This document shows positions 49,727 through 60,352 of a DNA stretch of 64,000 bases, one piece after another. The notes under the pieces were generated by a model, which was given only the letters and a program-made list of their open reading frames with translations, had not been told where the DNA came from and made no database searches. The stretch lies in the IMG/VR virus record IMGVR_UViG_3300027782_000038; one strand, written 5' to 3'. Every line of letters starts with the position of its first letter. Within the stretch, counting starts at the first letter, position 1. A program made the translations under genes and the position numbers. This DNA is from a virus.

Positions 49727-50382
49727 AAGTGAAATTAATTTCATCAACACAAGGTGTGGATGGCAAAAACCTACTAGAACAGGTTGCTTATGCAGCAAGA
49801 GTATCAAACCCAGCAAACCAGGACAACGATGGAACTGCTGAAAAGTTAGTTCGTTATCTAATCAAACATCAACATTGGTCACCACTAGAAATGGTCAATG
49901 TCTGCCTAGAGATTGAAACAACAAGAGATATTGCACGACAGATTCTCCGTCACCGATCATTTTCATTCCAAGAATTTAGTCAGCGTTATGCTGTGGCTGA
50001 TTTAGGATGGGAGTTAAAAGAAACTAGACTACAAGACACTAAAAATCGCCAGAATAGTATTGCCGTAACCGGAACAACCTTAACTGAACAGAATCTAATG
50101 GAACAATGGAAATGGAAACAAGAAGAAGTTATTTCCGCTGTTGAACATTCATATAAATGGGCTATTACGAATGGTATCGCCAAAGAACAAGCTCGGGCTG
50201 TACTACCAGAAGGCATTACACTAAGCAGATTATACATGAACGGAACCTTGCGTTCCTGGGTGCACTATATACAACTACGAAGTGGAGTGGAAACACAAAA
50301 AGAACACCGTGAGGTTGCTCTTGCTTGTGCTGATGCGATTGAACCTATTTTCCCAATGATTAAGGAATATGTGAATGTATAA
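49723..50382 (+). CDS. thyX: Flavin-dependent thymidylate synthase
   Basis: HWSPLE, QILRHRSFSFQEFSQRY. Confidence 0.95.
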   Translation: MKVKLISSTQGVDGKNLLEQVAYAARVSNPANQDNDGTAEKLVRYLIKHQHWSPLEMVNVCLEIETTRDIARQILRHRSFSFQEFSQRYAVADLGWELKETRLQDTKNRQNSIAVTGTTLTEQNLMEQWKWKQEEVISAVEHSYKWAITNGIAKEQARAVLPEGITLSRLYMNGTLRSWVHYIQLRSGVETQKEHREVALACADAIEPIFPMIKEYVNV

Positions 50383-50722
50383 TGATGTTGTGAAGTTTAT
50401 TGAAGCGTGTGAACAAGAAAAATCGGAAGATAATCAATGGTTGTATTCAAATTTAATTCAAGAAGAATATGATGAATTTATAAATGCGATTCATTCAGAA
50501 GATGATATAGAACAACTTGATGCTTGCATGGACATGATTTGGGTTATTCTTGGTTTCTGTTACATGAAAGGTTATAATGTCAAAGGTGCATGGGACGAAG
50601 TTGCACGTTCAAATCTTAGTAAAATAAATCCAGAAACAGGTAAAGTAATTAAAAGAGAAGATGGTAAAGTGTTGAAGCCTGAAGGCTGGACACCGCCGCA
50701 ATTAGAACAATTCACAAAATAA
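50375..50722 (+). CDS. MazG-like NTP pyrophosphohydrolase
   Basis: LIQEEYDE, D..MD, SNLSK, DGKVLKP. Confidence 0.85.
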   Translation: MYNDVVKFIEACEQEKSEDNQWLYSNLIQEEYDEFINAIHSEDDIEQLDACMDMIWVILGFCYMKGYNVKGAWDEVARSNLSKINPETGKVIKREDGKVLKPEGWTPPQLEQFTK

Positions 50723-50735
50723 GAATAAGGTAATT

Positions 50736-52538
50736 ATGGAATACTTAGGTATCAATATAGATTTAGAAAGAGATAAATTATTTGATGTGTTGGGCATTAA
50801 ACGATTACAAGAATCGTACATGAGAGAAGATGAAACATCACCACAACAACGATTCGCTTTTGTTTCTAAAGCATTTGGGAGCAATCCAGATCATGCACAA
50901 AGATTATACGATTACAGTAGCAAACATTGGCTCTCTTATTCTACTCCCATTCTTTCTTTTGGTCGCTCTAAGCGTGGGTTGCCTATCAGTTGTTTTCTCA
51001 ATTATATTGAAGATACTGCGGAGGGATTAGTTGATAACCTATCAGAAACTAATTGGCTTTCTATGTTCGGCGGCGGTGTTGGTATTGGTTTTGGTATTCG
51101 CTCTGCCGATGATAAGTCTACAGGTGTTATGCCTCATCTTAAAATGTATGATGCAAGTTCTCTTGCTTATCGTCAAGGTCGTACTCGCCGTGGTTCTTAC
51201 GCCGCTTATCTTGATATTTCTCATCCTGATGTTATTTCATTCTTGGAGATGCGAAAACCGACAGGAGACCAAAATGTAAGGTGTTTGAATCTACATCACG
51301 GTATCAATATTCCAGATGCTTTCATGCAGATCATTGAGAACTGTATGGTTGATCCTGATGCAAATGATGATTGGAACTTAGTTGATCCAGCATCAAGCGA
51401 AATTCGTGAAACTGTATCAGCTAAAATGTTATGGCAGATGATTATGGAATTGCGTATGCATACCGGTGAACCATATCTACATTTTATTGATAGAAGTAAT
51501 GAACATCTTCCGCAATGGTTGAAAGACAAAGGTTTAAAAGTAAATCAATCTAATTTATGTTCTGAAATTATTTTACCTACTAACGAACAACGTACTGCTG
51601 TATGTTGTTTGTCCAGTCTCAATTTAGAGACCTATGATGAATGGAAAGATGAACCACTATTTCTCAAAGATGTGGCAGAAATGCTTGATAATGTTCTTCA
51701 GTATTTTATTGATAATGCTCCAAGTCAAATATCCAGAGCTAAATATTCTGCCGAACGTGAGCGAAGCATTGGTGTTGGCGCTCTTGGTTTTCACGCTTAT
51801 TTACAAAAGAATGGCATTGCTTTTGAAGGAGTAATGGCCAAAATTGCAAACAAGAAAATTTTTAGTTCAATCAGAAAAGGATTAGACGATGCTAATATTC
51901 AACTTGGAAAAGAACGGGGTGAAGCTCCTGACGCTGTGGGTACTGGTTTTCGTTTTAGTCATGTTATGGCCATTGCTCCTAATGCCAGTTCTTCCATTAT
52001 TATGGGTAATACTAGCCCTAGCATTGAACCTTATCGGGCTAACGCTTACCGTCAAGATACTTTGTCAGGTTCTTTCTTAAATAAGAACAAATGGTTGGAT
52101 GAATTAATTCAAAATAAATTGGCTAATGAATTGAATGAAATTAGTTCTGATGAATATGATGATATTTGGTCATCAATCATTGCTAATGACGGTTCAGTAC
52201 AACATTTAGATATTCTAGATGAAAATGAAAAGTATGTGTATAAGACAGCATTGGAAATTGATCAACGTTGGGTTATTGAACTTGCTGCTGATAGACAAGA
52301 ATATATTGACCAAGCACAATCATTAAATGTATTCGTTAGACCTGATGCAAATATTAAATATCTTCATGCTATTCATTTTATGGCATGGAAAAAAGGATTG
52401 AAAACTTTATATTACTTACGTTCTGAAAAGATTGGTAAAGCAGATAAAGTATCAAAGAAAATTGAACGTCAAGTTATTAAAGAACTTGATATGACACAAT
52501 TAGCACAAGGCAATGATTGTATTGCTTGCGAGGGTTAA
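50736..52538 (+). CDS. nrdA: Ribonucleotide reductase class Ia alpha subunit
   Basis: PISCF, SNLCSEI, APNASSS, YY, C-terminal CIAC. Confidence 0.96.
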   Translation: MEYLGINIDLERDKLFDVLGIKRLQESYMREDETSPQQRFAFVSKAFGSNPDHAQRLYDYSSKHWLSYSTPILSFGRSKRGLPISCFLNYIEDTAEGLVDNLSETNWLSMFGGGVGIGFGIRSADDKSTGVMPHLKMYDASSLAYRQGRTRRGSYAAYLDISHPDVISFLEMRKPTGDQNVRCLNLHHGINIPDAFMQIIENCMVDPDANDDWNLVDPASSEIRETVSAKMLWQMIMELRMHTGEPYLHFIDRSNEHLPQWLKDKGLKVNQSNLCSEIILPTNEQRTAVCCLSSLNLETYDEWKDEPLFLKDVAEMLDNVLQYFIDNAPSQISRAKYSAERERSIGVGALGFHAYLQKNGIAFEGVMAKIANKKIFSSIRKGLDDANIQLGKERGEAPDAVGTGFRFSHVMAIAPNASSSIIMGNTSPSIEPYRANAYRQDTLSGSFLNKNKWLDELIQNKLANELNEISSDEYDDIWSSIIANDGSVQHLDILDENEKYVYKTALEIDQRWVIELAADRQEYIDQAQSLNVFVRPDANIKYLHAIHFMAWKKGLKTLYYLRSEKIGKADKVSKKIERQVIKELDMTQLAQGNDCIACEG

Positions 52539-53525
52539 ATGATTAAGAAGATTGATAGTAAATTAACAGATACACGGGATAGTTTTAAACCGTTTAGTTA
52601 TCCGTGGGCTTATGACGCATGGTTGAAGCATGAACAATCTCACTGGCTTCACACAGAAGTACCAATGAATGAGGACGTAAAAGACTGGAAAAAGAAACTT
52701 ACCAAGGAAGAAAAACAATTCCTGACACACATCTTCCGTTTCTTTACTCAAGGTGATATTGATGTGGCTGGTGGATATGTAAAAAATTATCTTCCTTATT
52801 TTTCACAACCAGAAGTTCGTATGATGCTTCTAGGATTCGCCGCCAGAGAGGCGTTACACGTTGCTGCTTACTCACACCTCATTGAGACACTTGGCCTGCC
52901 TGACACCACTTATAATGAGTTCCTAGCATATCAGGAGATGAAAGATAAACACGATTATGTCCTGGCCATTTCCGATAAGAATGGTACCAAAGAAAACACA
53001 GCATTACATATTGCTGTATTCTCAGCCTTCACTGAAGGTATGCAATTGTTTAGTTCCTTTGTTATGTTGTTAAACTTCCCTCGACATGGTAAAATGATAG
53101 GCATGGGTCAGATTGTTACTTGGTCAATTGTTGATGAAACAATGCACGCCGAGAATATGATTAAATTGTTCAGAACATATATCAATGAAAACAGAGAAAT
53201 CTGGAATGATGAATTGAAATCAAATATCTACACCATTGCAGAAAAAATGGTTGAACTTGAAGATAGATTTATTGATCTGGCTTTTGGTTTGACTGAAATG
53301 GAAGGTCTAACAATTGATGAGTTGAAAAAGTATATTAGATATATAGCAGATAGACGATTGATTAGCCTAGGAATGAAAGGCATTTTCAAAGTTAAACGTA
53401 ATCCTCTACCGTGGGTTGAGGAAATGATCAATGCACCTACACATACTAATTTCTTTGAAAACAGAGCAACCGATTATGCAAAAGGTGCTCAATCAGGTGA
53501 TTGGAGTGACGTTTGGGCTAATTAA
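52539..53525 (+). CDS. nrdB: Ribonucleotide reductase beta subunit
   Basis: EALH..AY, EG..LF, DETMH, NFFE. Confidence 0.96.
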   Translation: MIKKIDSKLTDTRDSFKPFSYPWAYDAWLKHEQSHWLHTEVPMNEDVKDWKKKLTKEEKQFLTHIFRFFTQGDIDVAGGYVKNYLPYFSQPEVRMMLLGFAAREALHVAAYSHLIETLGLPDTTYNEFLAYQEMKDKHDYVLAISDKNGTKENTALHIAVFSAFTEGMQLFSSFVMLLNFPRHGKMIGMGQIVTWSIVDETMHAENMIKLFRTYINENREIWNDELKSNIYTIAEKMVELEDRFIDLAFGLTEMEGLTIDELKKYIRYIADRRLISLGMKGIFKVKRNPLPWVEEMINAPTHTNFFENRATDYAKGAQSGDWSDVWAN

Positions 53526-53542
53526 AAATAATAAGGAAGAAT

Positions 53543-53728
53543 ATGACGCCTAAGACAGTATCGGGAGATTGTGGAAATTGCGAGTCCACATTTCAAATAG
53601 AATATATGCAAGAATTTGTATCGGAAGAATATCCAGAACACTGCCCATTCTGCGGCGAATCAATAGACGATTTATCTGAAGAATATATAGAAGATGATGA
53701 CTCTAATGATGAAGAAGAATGGGACTGA
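53543..53728 (+). CDS. Small zinc-ribbon protein
   Basis: CGNC...CPFCG, acidic tail. Confidence 0.7.
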   Translation: MTPKTVSGDCGNCESTFQIEYMQEFVSEEYPEHCPFCGESIDDLSEEYIEDDDSNDEEEWD

Positions 53729-54153
53729 ACTGGATATTTCAAGATAAAGAATTTACGGAAGACTTGGTTGGTGATAACATAGGGTTCGTCTATGTGATTA
53801 CAAATCTGACGAATAAAAGAAAATACGTAGGCAAGAAATTATTTCATTCTGCCAAAACCAAACAAGTCAAAGGTAAAAAGAAACGTTATAAAGTTCCAAG
53901 TGATTGGAAAACTTATTATGGTTCTAATGAAGAATTGAAGAAAGATGTTAAAGAAATGGGTGAAGATAATTTCATCCGTGAGATTTTACATCTTTGTAAA
54001 TCTAAAGGTGAATGTTCTTATTTGGAAGCAAAGGAACAATTTAATCGTAATGTAATGGAAGGTGATGAATATTACAACGTATGGATTATGGTACGGGTAA
54101 GAAAATCACATATTAAGGACTATAATGCTAGAATTTCTCAAAGAAGTAGCTGA
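53719..54153 (+). CDS. GIY-YIG endonuclease (DenA/EndoII-like)
   Basis: GFVY.IT..KYVGKK, W..YYGS, YLE, YYN. Confidence 0.8.
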   Translation: MGLNWIFQDKEFTEDLVGDNIGFVYVITNLTNKRKYVGKKLFHSAKTKQVKGKKKRYKVPSDWKTYYGSNEELKKDVKEMGEDNFIREILHLCKSKGECSYLEAKEQFNRNVMEGDEYYNVWIMVRVRKSHIKDYNARISQRSS

Positions 54154-54466
54154 ATCGGATTATGATACAATATTTTTTGTACCAGGACCAGAAGAAGATT
54201 CGGTTCAAGTAGAAGGCAGTCAGTATAAAGACCGTGGTGTAAAAGTTGGTGGCAGCAATCTAGGAGATGAATTTCATATTATTCTATTCAAAGAAGATGA
54301 AGATGGTAAACCCTGTGAATTGGATAAATTTGATGCCATTCTTGGTGAACCATTGGAATACATTTCAGTATTAATACCAATGGACTGGTATGGTATAGTT
54401 TGTAGAAAAACAACAACTTCTGGTAAATTTGTTAAGAATTTGTTTGACAACCTTGTAAATGTATGA
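54125..54466 (+). CDS. Hypothetical protein
   Basis: Coupled ORF. Confidence 0.55.
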   Translation: MLEFLKEVAESDYDTIFFVPGPEEDSVQVEGSQYKDRGVKVGGSNLGDEFHIILFKEDEDGKPCELDKFDAILGEPLEYISVLIPMDWYGIVCRKTTTSGKFVKNLFDNLVNV

Positions 54467-54505
54467 TATGATGGTAGTTCGTTGAAACTTTAAAGTTTAA
54501 TTATC

Positions 54506-55357
54506 ATGATTCTCATTGATCTAAATCAAGTAATACTAGCCGGTTTGATGGCTCAAATTTCCAAACAAAAAAATGTAAAGTTGGAAGAAGATTTAATTCG
54601 TCATATGGTTCTAAACATTATTCGTACACATATAAACAAATTTCGTAATGAATATGGTGAAGTTGTATTGTGTTGTGACAATCGAAAATACTGGCGGAAA
54701 GAATTCTTTCCTTTCTACAAAGCACACCGCAAAGCAGCCAGAGAAAAATCAGACCTTGATTGGCATCTAATTTTCGATATGCTTGGTAAATTCAAGCAAG
54801 AATTAAAAGATAATTTTCCATACAAAGTCATTGATGTTGACGGTGCGGAAGCCGATGATGTTATTGGCACTCTCGTACCTATGTTTGCAGATAAAGAAAA
54901 GATGTTAATTCTTTCTAGTGATGGTGATTTTCTACAACTGCAAAAATATGGAAGCAATGTCAAACAATATAATCCTTCATTGAAGAAATATATTAAGTCT
55001 GAAAATCCATTGTTGGAATTAAAAGAGAAAATTATCCGTGGTGATAAAGGAGATGGCATTCCAAACATCTTTTCACCATCAGATTGTTTCGTTCGTGATT
55101 TACGTCAAAAAGCTATCACAAAGGGTGTATTAGACAAATACCTAAACGAACACTATGGTGATTGGCAGGATGAAAATGCAAGAGTTGGTTTTTCTCGTAA
55201 TCAAACACTTATTGATTTAAGTTTGATTCCTGGTGACATAAAGCAGAAAATAATAAATACTTTTGATGAAACCAAACCGGCAACCAAACAAAAGATGTTA
55301 AACTACTTTATTGAAAAGAAACTTAAAAATTTAATGGATGTAATTGAGGAATTTTAA
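54506..55357 (+). CDS. rnh: T4-type RNase H / 5'-3' exonuclease
   Basis: YWRK..YK..R, EADD, SSDGDF.QL, GDKGDGIPN. Confidence 0.94.
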   Translation: MILIDLNQVILAGLMAQISKQKNVKLEEDLIRHMVLNIIRTHINKFRNEYGEVVLCCDNRKYWRKEFFPFYKAHRKAAREKSDLDWHLIFDMLGKFKQELKDNFPYKVIDVDGAEADDVIGTLVPMFADKEKMLILSSDGDFLQLQKYGSNVKQYNPSLKKYIKSENPLLELKEKIIRGDKGDGIPNIFSPSDCFVRDLRQKAITKGVLDKYLNEHYGDWQDENARVGFSRNQTLIDLSLIPGDIKQKIINTFDETKPATKQKMLNYFIEKKLKNLMDVIEEF

Positions 55358-55779
55358 TGAAAAATATGTATGAAGTATTCGATGAGTTTGAAGAAGCTAC
55401 ATCAAAGAAAGAACGGTTGCAGGTAATAGAAAAAAACTTATCACAAACACTAGTACAAGTATTACAATTAACATTTCATCCAGATTATCAATGGTTGATT
55501 AATGAATTACCAGAAAATTACATAATACCTGATACATTACCTGGAATGTCTAGAGAACAATTATCTTTACAGATTAGAAAGTTGTATTTGTTTCGTAAAG
55601 GTGAACCAACAGCTGAAAAGTTGACACCAGAGAAACGTAATCAACTTTTATTACAGATGTTAGAGTCATTAGAACCTCGTGAAGCAGAAGTTGTTGTCGG
55701 TATTTTCAAAAAAGATTTGGGTGTTAAAGGTTTAACATACAAATTTGTTAAAGAAGCCTTTCCCAATTTACTGCCATAA
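55357..55779 (+). CDS. Conserved T4-like hypothetical protein downstream of rnh
   Basis: KR..LLLQMLESL...EAE...AFP.LLP. Confidence 0.65.
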   Translation: MKNMYEVFDEFEEATSKKERLQVIEKNLSQTLVQVLQLTFHPDYQWLINELPENYIIPDTLPGMSREQLSLQIRKLYLFRKGEPTAEKLTPEKRNQLLLQMLESLEPREAEVVVGIFKKDLGVKGLTYKFVKEAFPNLLP

Positions 55780-55988
55780 AAAGATAGGAGATTAAACAAA
55801 GTGACGAAGTTCGTAGGCAAGTTTCGTAAACATAAAGACTATAGAGATGATTACGATTACGCAAAAGATTACCTAAATGTTAAAAAGGTTAGAAGTGAAC
55901 ATACTGAGGTTCGCAAACAGTTGAGAGAAAAAAACTGGGAAGAGGAGTATGTTAAGGAATTCGGGAATGAGGAAGAACGAACATAATC

Positions 55989-56051
55989 TGTTGTTTTTTT
56001 ACAACATTCTGAGACCTGTCTATTGACAGGTTTTTTTATTTGTGTTACAAT
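55989..56051 (+). promoter_or_regulatory. Palindrome plus sigma70 promoter
   Basis: TGTTGTTTTTTTACAACA; TTGACA(56023)-N17-TACAAT. Confidence 0.7.
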
Positions 56052-56077
56052 GGTATATACTTATTGGAGATATTATT

Positions 56078-56455
56078 ATGATGGTATATGGCAAAATTCC
56101 AAAATCCAAAATTCGCAAAGTTACTAAAAAAGTGCAAGAACAGCATGATGAATGGTTAAAAACACATCAACCAAAAGTCATAGTTACTAAATCCTTCAAA
56201 AAACCGTTATCAAGACACCTTCCGAGGGTACCAGTTGGTCGTGAAACGCCAAATTACCCATCCTTAGCGACAAATTTTTCGGGAGCACTCACAAAATCTG
56301 GAATTATGAAGGAATATCATCTAATGACAGCTGATGAGCGAAAGAAAATTGATGATCTTGGTATGTGTGTTGCACCGTTACACAAAGGTAATTACATATA
56401 TGTTACTGAAGGTATGAATCCTGCTGGTTTTGGCAGAAAAAATGAGGTATTATGA
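56078..56455 (+). CDS. Hypothetical protein
   Basis: GGAG RBS; APLHKGNY motif. Confidence 0.6.
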   Translation: MMVYGKIPKSKIRKVTKKVQEQHDEWLKTHQPKVIVTKSFKKPLSRHLPRVPVGRETPNYPSLATNFSGALTKSGIMKEYHLMTADERKKIDDLGMCVAPLHKGNYIYVTEGMNPAGFGRKNEVL

Positions 56456-56604
56456 TGAAGAAAATAAATTTTACAATAAAGTTAGAGCGTCCTCATTGCA
56501 GGACACCTATTCCTGCTCGTCAAAAGCATAAAATTGACACTAAGTACACTCGTAAACCTAAACACAGGAGAAAGAGTGATGATACCAAATTGGTCCAAGA
56601 GTGA
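56455..56604 (+). CDS. Small basic peptide, weakly ArfA-like
   Basis: GAGG RBS; ..KHKIDTKYTRKPKH..; absent from ORF track. Confidence 0.45.
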   Translation: MKKINFTIKLERPHCRTPIPARQKHKIDTKYTRKPKHRRKSDDTKLVQE

Positions 56605-56858
56605 ATGGCGTGAAATGAGCGAATATCTGTCTAAATTGCCCGCAAAAAAACTAACGGATGAACAAAAATTCTTTAAAGCTTTGATAAAAGCTAAAGAATC
56701 CGGTAAACTTTATCAAAATGATCAAGAACATCAATTACACTAAAGGTAAAAAATGCATTACGAATGGAAAATGTTAGAAACGATTATTCGTCAATGGGCT
56801 GTTTTGTCTGGATTTGAAAAAGATTATGAAGAATATAGAAAACTCAAAGAAACAACTG

Positions 56859-57035
56859 ATGCAAAGTAATACCTACACAGCAAATGTTGTTAGTATTGAA
56901 TCTAACGGTGATGCAATCCTTGAACTTCCTCAAAAATTGTGTGATACAATGGGTTGGGGTGAAGGAACTATACTCGACATTTCCACGGAAGTTGGAACTG
57001 GTGCAATAATTATAAAAGAAGTTAAAAATGTGTAG
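56859..57035 (+). CDS. AbrB/SpoVT-like DNA-binding protein
   Basis: GDAILELP..LCDTMGWGEGTIL. Confidence 0.7.
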   Translation: MQSNTYTANVVSIESNGDAILELPQKLCDTMGWGEGTILDISTEVGTGAIIIKEVKNV

Positions 57036-57037
57036 GA

Positions 57038-57100
57038 TGTTGTATAAAAACAACAGTTATACAAATATTGCTTGACAGAAATCACGGTTCATGAGATAAT
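57038..57100 (+). promoter_or_regulatory. Palindrome plus sigma70 promoter
   Basis: TGTTGTATAAAAACAACA; TTGACA(57072)-N17-GATAAT. Confidence 0.7.
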
Positions 57101-57123
57101 AGTACATCTACTGGAGAAATTAC

Positions 57124-59316
57124 ATGGAATTAATTCAATCTAAATCATTACTTGCCAAATTGATGGCAACCGAAAACTTGATTGTTGAGCAACGCAACGT
57201 ATCTACCGCATCTTTTAATGTTAAAGATCGTGTTCTCACTTTGCCAATTTTAGATAAAGATATTTCTGCCGAACTTTACGATTTATTGGTTGGGCATGAG
57301 GTCGGCCACGCTTTATGGACGGATCAAGAATTGCTCCTCCGTGGTATTGATTTGAAAATTGCACGTTCTGTACTGAATGTGATTGAAGATGTTCGTATCG
57401 AACGAAAAATCAAAAACAAATATCCTGGTATCCGGACATCTTTCATTAAAGGTTACCGTGAACTTATTGCGAAAGACTTTTTTGGTACTGCCGGTCTTGA
57501 CTTAAACGATCTTAATTATATTGATCGTGTCAACCTGTATTCTAAAGGTGGCGCAAATGCCGGTATTAAATTCATTGAGGTTGAACGTGACCTATTGAAA
57601 GAAATTGAATCTACCGAAACACCGGATGATGTTATTGTCGTTGCTAAAAAAGTAATGGAATACCTGAAAGAAGAAAAAGAGGAAAAAGAGAAACAGAATC
57701 CAAAACAGGAAAATGATCAATCTGATGATGAATTGGAAGAATCTAATTCCGATTATGATGATGAATCTGATTATGGTGATGAAGATGAAGATCAAAACCA
57801 ATCTTCTTCCAATTCTGAATTTGGTGAAGAAGAAGGTGATGAATCGGAAACCGATAATTTGGGTTCACAAGCTGATACTGGTGATAAAGAAGAATCGGAA
57901 CAACAGGAAAGTACCGGTAGCGAAGCTGGTAGAAAAAATGAAGAATTGAAATCACATACTGATGAAAATTTCCGTCAGAATGAAAATAAATTGTATGTTG
58001 ATGACAAACGTGTTTACTACTATGGTAATGTTCCTAACATTCCAACCAAAGATGTAATTGTTTCACATAAAGTTTTGTGGAATCGTTATCGTGAATTTTT
58101 TGTTGATTTAGAGAAAAACAGATATTACACTGGAAATGGTCATGACCATAGTGATGCATTGAAGAACTTCCAAAAGTTGCGTACTGAAGCAAATAAAGTT
58201 GTTTCATACTTAGCTAAAGAATTCGAATTGCGTAAAAATGCAGATCAAATGAAACGGGCTTCTGTTTCTAAGACAGGCGATCTTAATATGAATAGAATTT
58301 TCTCATATAAGTTTAGTGAGGATATTTTTAAGAAGATCACCGTTATTCCTGGTGGTAAATCACATGGTTTGGTTATGTTTATTGATTGGTCTGGTTCTAT
58401 GAGTGACCACCTTCAAAACACCATGAAACAATTGATTAACTTGGTTATGTTTTGCAAGAAGGTTAATATTCCATATGAAGTATATGCTTTCACAGATAAC
58501 TATGACGATAACTTCCAAATAGAAAGAAAAGTCGGTGATATTTGTGTTGGTGATTTCAAATTGTTGAATATTTTATCAAGCAAAATGTCAGCATCAGATT
58601 TTTCATATGCTGCATCAGCTCTTGTTCGTTACAGTTCATCAAGACGTAATGTTATTTGGCCTTCATGGTTTTGTCTAGGTGGTACTCCACTAAATGAAGC
58701 CGTCATGGCAGCAATGAATGTTGTACCTGAATTTCAGAAAGCATATAAGCTTCAAGTTGTTAATACCGTATTCTTGACTGATGGTGAAGGTGCAAATAAT
58801 TATAACATTTGGACGGAGAATCCTAATCCCGGCGGCGCCTTGTACGAAGGATTCGGAGATACAAATTCATCATCTAATTATAGATGGACTCGTTACTTGA
58901 CGATTCGTGATCCAATCACAAAAAATCAGCAAGTTGCTGGATCTGATTCCAATCGGGTTTTGACTTCACATTTTATTAAGTTGTTGAAAGCTCGCACCAA
59001 CAGTAATATCGTTGGTTTCTATGTATTGTCTGGTCGTGAACTTGGTCGTAATTTGTATTCTTTCTTTGGTTCTGCAGCAGATAATTCAAAACTGAAAGCT
59101 ACTTTCCGTAAAGAAAAGAGTTTAACGGTTACTTCATCAGGATTTGATGAATACTATTTGCTTCGTTCTGAAGGTCTAGATACGGAAGAAGATACTGAAT
59201 TGGAAGTAAAAGAAAATGCCACAACCCGTGGTTTGGTTTCTGCCTTCACTAAGTTTTCTGGTGGACGCCAATCAAGTCGTGTTGTTTTAAATCGTTTTAT
59301 TAATATGATTGCCTAA
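57124..59316 (+). CDS. CobT-like protein: HExxH peptidase domain, acidic linker, vWA domain
   Basis: HEVGH, NVIEDVRIE, DWSGS MIDAS, GGTP, LTDGE. Confidence 0.85.
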   Translation: MELIQSKSLLAKLMATENLIVEQRNVSTASFNVKDRVLTLPILDKDISAELYDLLVGHEVGHALWTDQELLLRGIDLKIARSVLNVIEDVRIERKIKNKYPGIRTSFIKGYRELIAKDFFGTAGLDLNDLNYIDRVNLYSKGGANAGIKFIEVERDLLKEIESTETPDDVIVVAKKVMEYLKEEKEEKEKQNPKQENDQSDDELEESNSDYDDESDYGDEDEDQNQSSSNSEFGEEEGDESETDNLGSQADTGDKEESEQQESTGSEAGRKNEELKSHTDENFRQNENKLYVDDKRVYYYGNVPNIPTKDVIVSHKVLWNRYREFFVDLEKNRYYTGNGHDHSDALKNFQKLRTEANKVVSYLAKEFELRKNADQMKRASVSKTGDLNMNRIFSYKFSEDIFKKITVIPGGKSHGLVMFIDWSGSMSDHLQNTMKQLINLVMFCKKVNIPYEVYAFTDNYDDNFQIERKVGDICVGDFKLLNILSSKMSASDFSYAASALVRYSSSRRNVIWPSWFCLGGTPLNEAVMAAMNVVPEFQKAYKLQVVNTVFLTDGEGANNYNIWTENPNPGGALYEGFGDTNSSSNYRWTRYLTIRDPITKNQQVAGSDSNRVLTSHFIKLLKARTNSNIVGFYVLSGRELGRNLYSFFGSAADNSKLKATFRKEKSLTVTSSGFDEYYLLRSEGLDTEEDTELEVKENATTRGLVSAFTKFSGGRQSSRVVLNRFINMIA

Positions 59317-59519
59317 AAAGGAAAAAATATGTTTAAAGAAATTGCAGCAGAAAACAAACGTGTTCGTATTGAACAGTCTGATATAGGTTATTCGGTAACT
59401 TTTTATATGGATAACCGATTGATGAATAAATCTACCGTTCAGTCATTACATGAAGCCAATGAACTTGCCGATCAGTTTATTGAAGATAACATTTCACCAA
59501 CTTTGTTGAATGAAGCGTC

Positions 59520-59804
59520 ATGATTGAGTTTGATGACCAGACTAGGGAAGCCTTGTTAATTACACAGGAAGAATGTGCTGAAGTAACACAGGCTATCTCT
59601 AAAGTATTCCGTTTTGGATTTGATTCCGTTTGGCCAATTGATGATTCATCTCCAAATAACAAGGAACGGTTGGAAGAAGAAGTTGGTGATCTTCTTGCCA
59701 TGATTGACATCCTTGTGGAGAAGTGTATAATATCAGATTGGAATGTCAATCAAGCAAGACATAAAAAGAGACAGAAATTAACCATGTGGTCTGGCATCAA
59801 ATGA
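59520..59804 (+). CDS. MazG-like protein
   Basis: EECAEV.QA.SK..RFG, EEVGDL. Confidence 0.75.
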   Translation: MIEFDDQTREALLITQEECAEVTQAISKVFRFGFDSVWPIDDSSPNNKERLEEEVGDLLAMIDILVEKCIISDWNVNQARHKKRQKLTMWSGIK

Positions 59805-59921
59805 ATATTCATGAATTAATTAATTTTTTACATCGTGTTTGGTGTTGGATACCGCATGATAATCCGGTTAGAAACGAAGTAAAAGAACTAATCAATAGAT
59901 TAAAATCACAGATTAATTAAA

Positions 59922-60092
59922 TTAAGAGTAAAATGCACTTTTCATTGTATAACGTTCATACTCTTTAAGAATCCGTTCAACGTCAGCAGGAGAGGTTGGG
60001 CGTTTTGAGGCAACATATAAGTCGAGGCGTGACTGTAAAATCTCAGAATTAATGTTGAATAGTTTGTTAAGTAGCCTAAGAAATGTTTTCAT
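59922..60092 (-). CDS. Small late protein, DUF3563-like
   Basis: AAGGA RBS, TATAAATA on minus strand at 60124-60131; LDLYVASKRPTSPADVER. Confidence 0.55.
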   Translation of the reverse strand: MKTFLRLLNKLFNINSEILQSRLDLYVASKRPTSPADVERILKEYERYTMKSAFYS

Positions 60093-60352
60093 TTGAAGTC
60101 CTTTGTTGTTTATGATATACTTTTATTTATAAGATAATTAGTGTAACTACTAATGTATTTAAAATTATTTTTAAGAAAATATGAAATCTCAATCTGCTTT
60201 GTATGGTAAATTTAAAAAAGAATTTATAGGTCCAATTTTACCTAGAAAGATAGCTAGAGAACGTGGTATTGGTTTTGGTGTTCCTATGCCTGCTGATAAA
60301 CCACCAAGATGCGATAAAAAAGATAAGAATTTTAAAATTTAATGAGGAAATT

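Noticed and set aside
13993-57055. Palindrome as a LexA SOS box or CRISPR repeat
   Set aside because: Does not fit CTGT-N8-ACAG, and copies are dispersed rather than arrayed with spacers.
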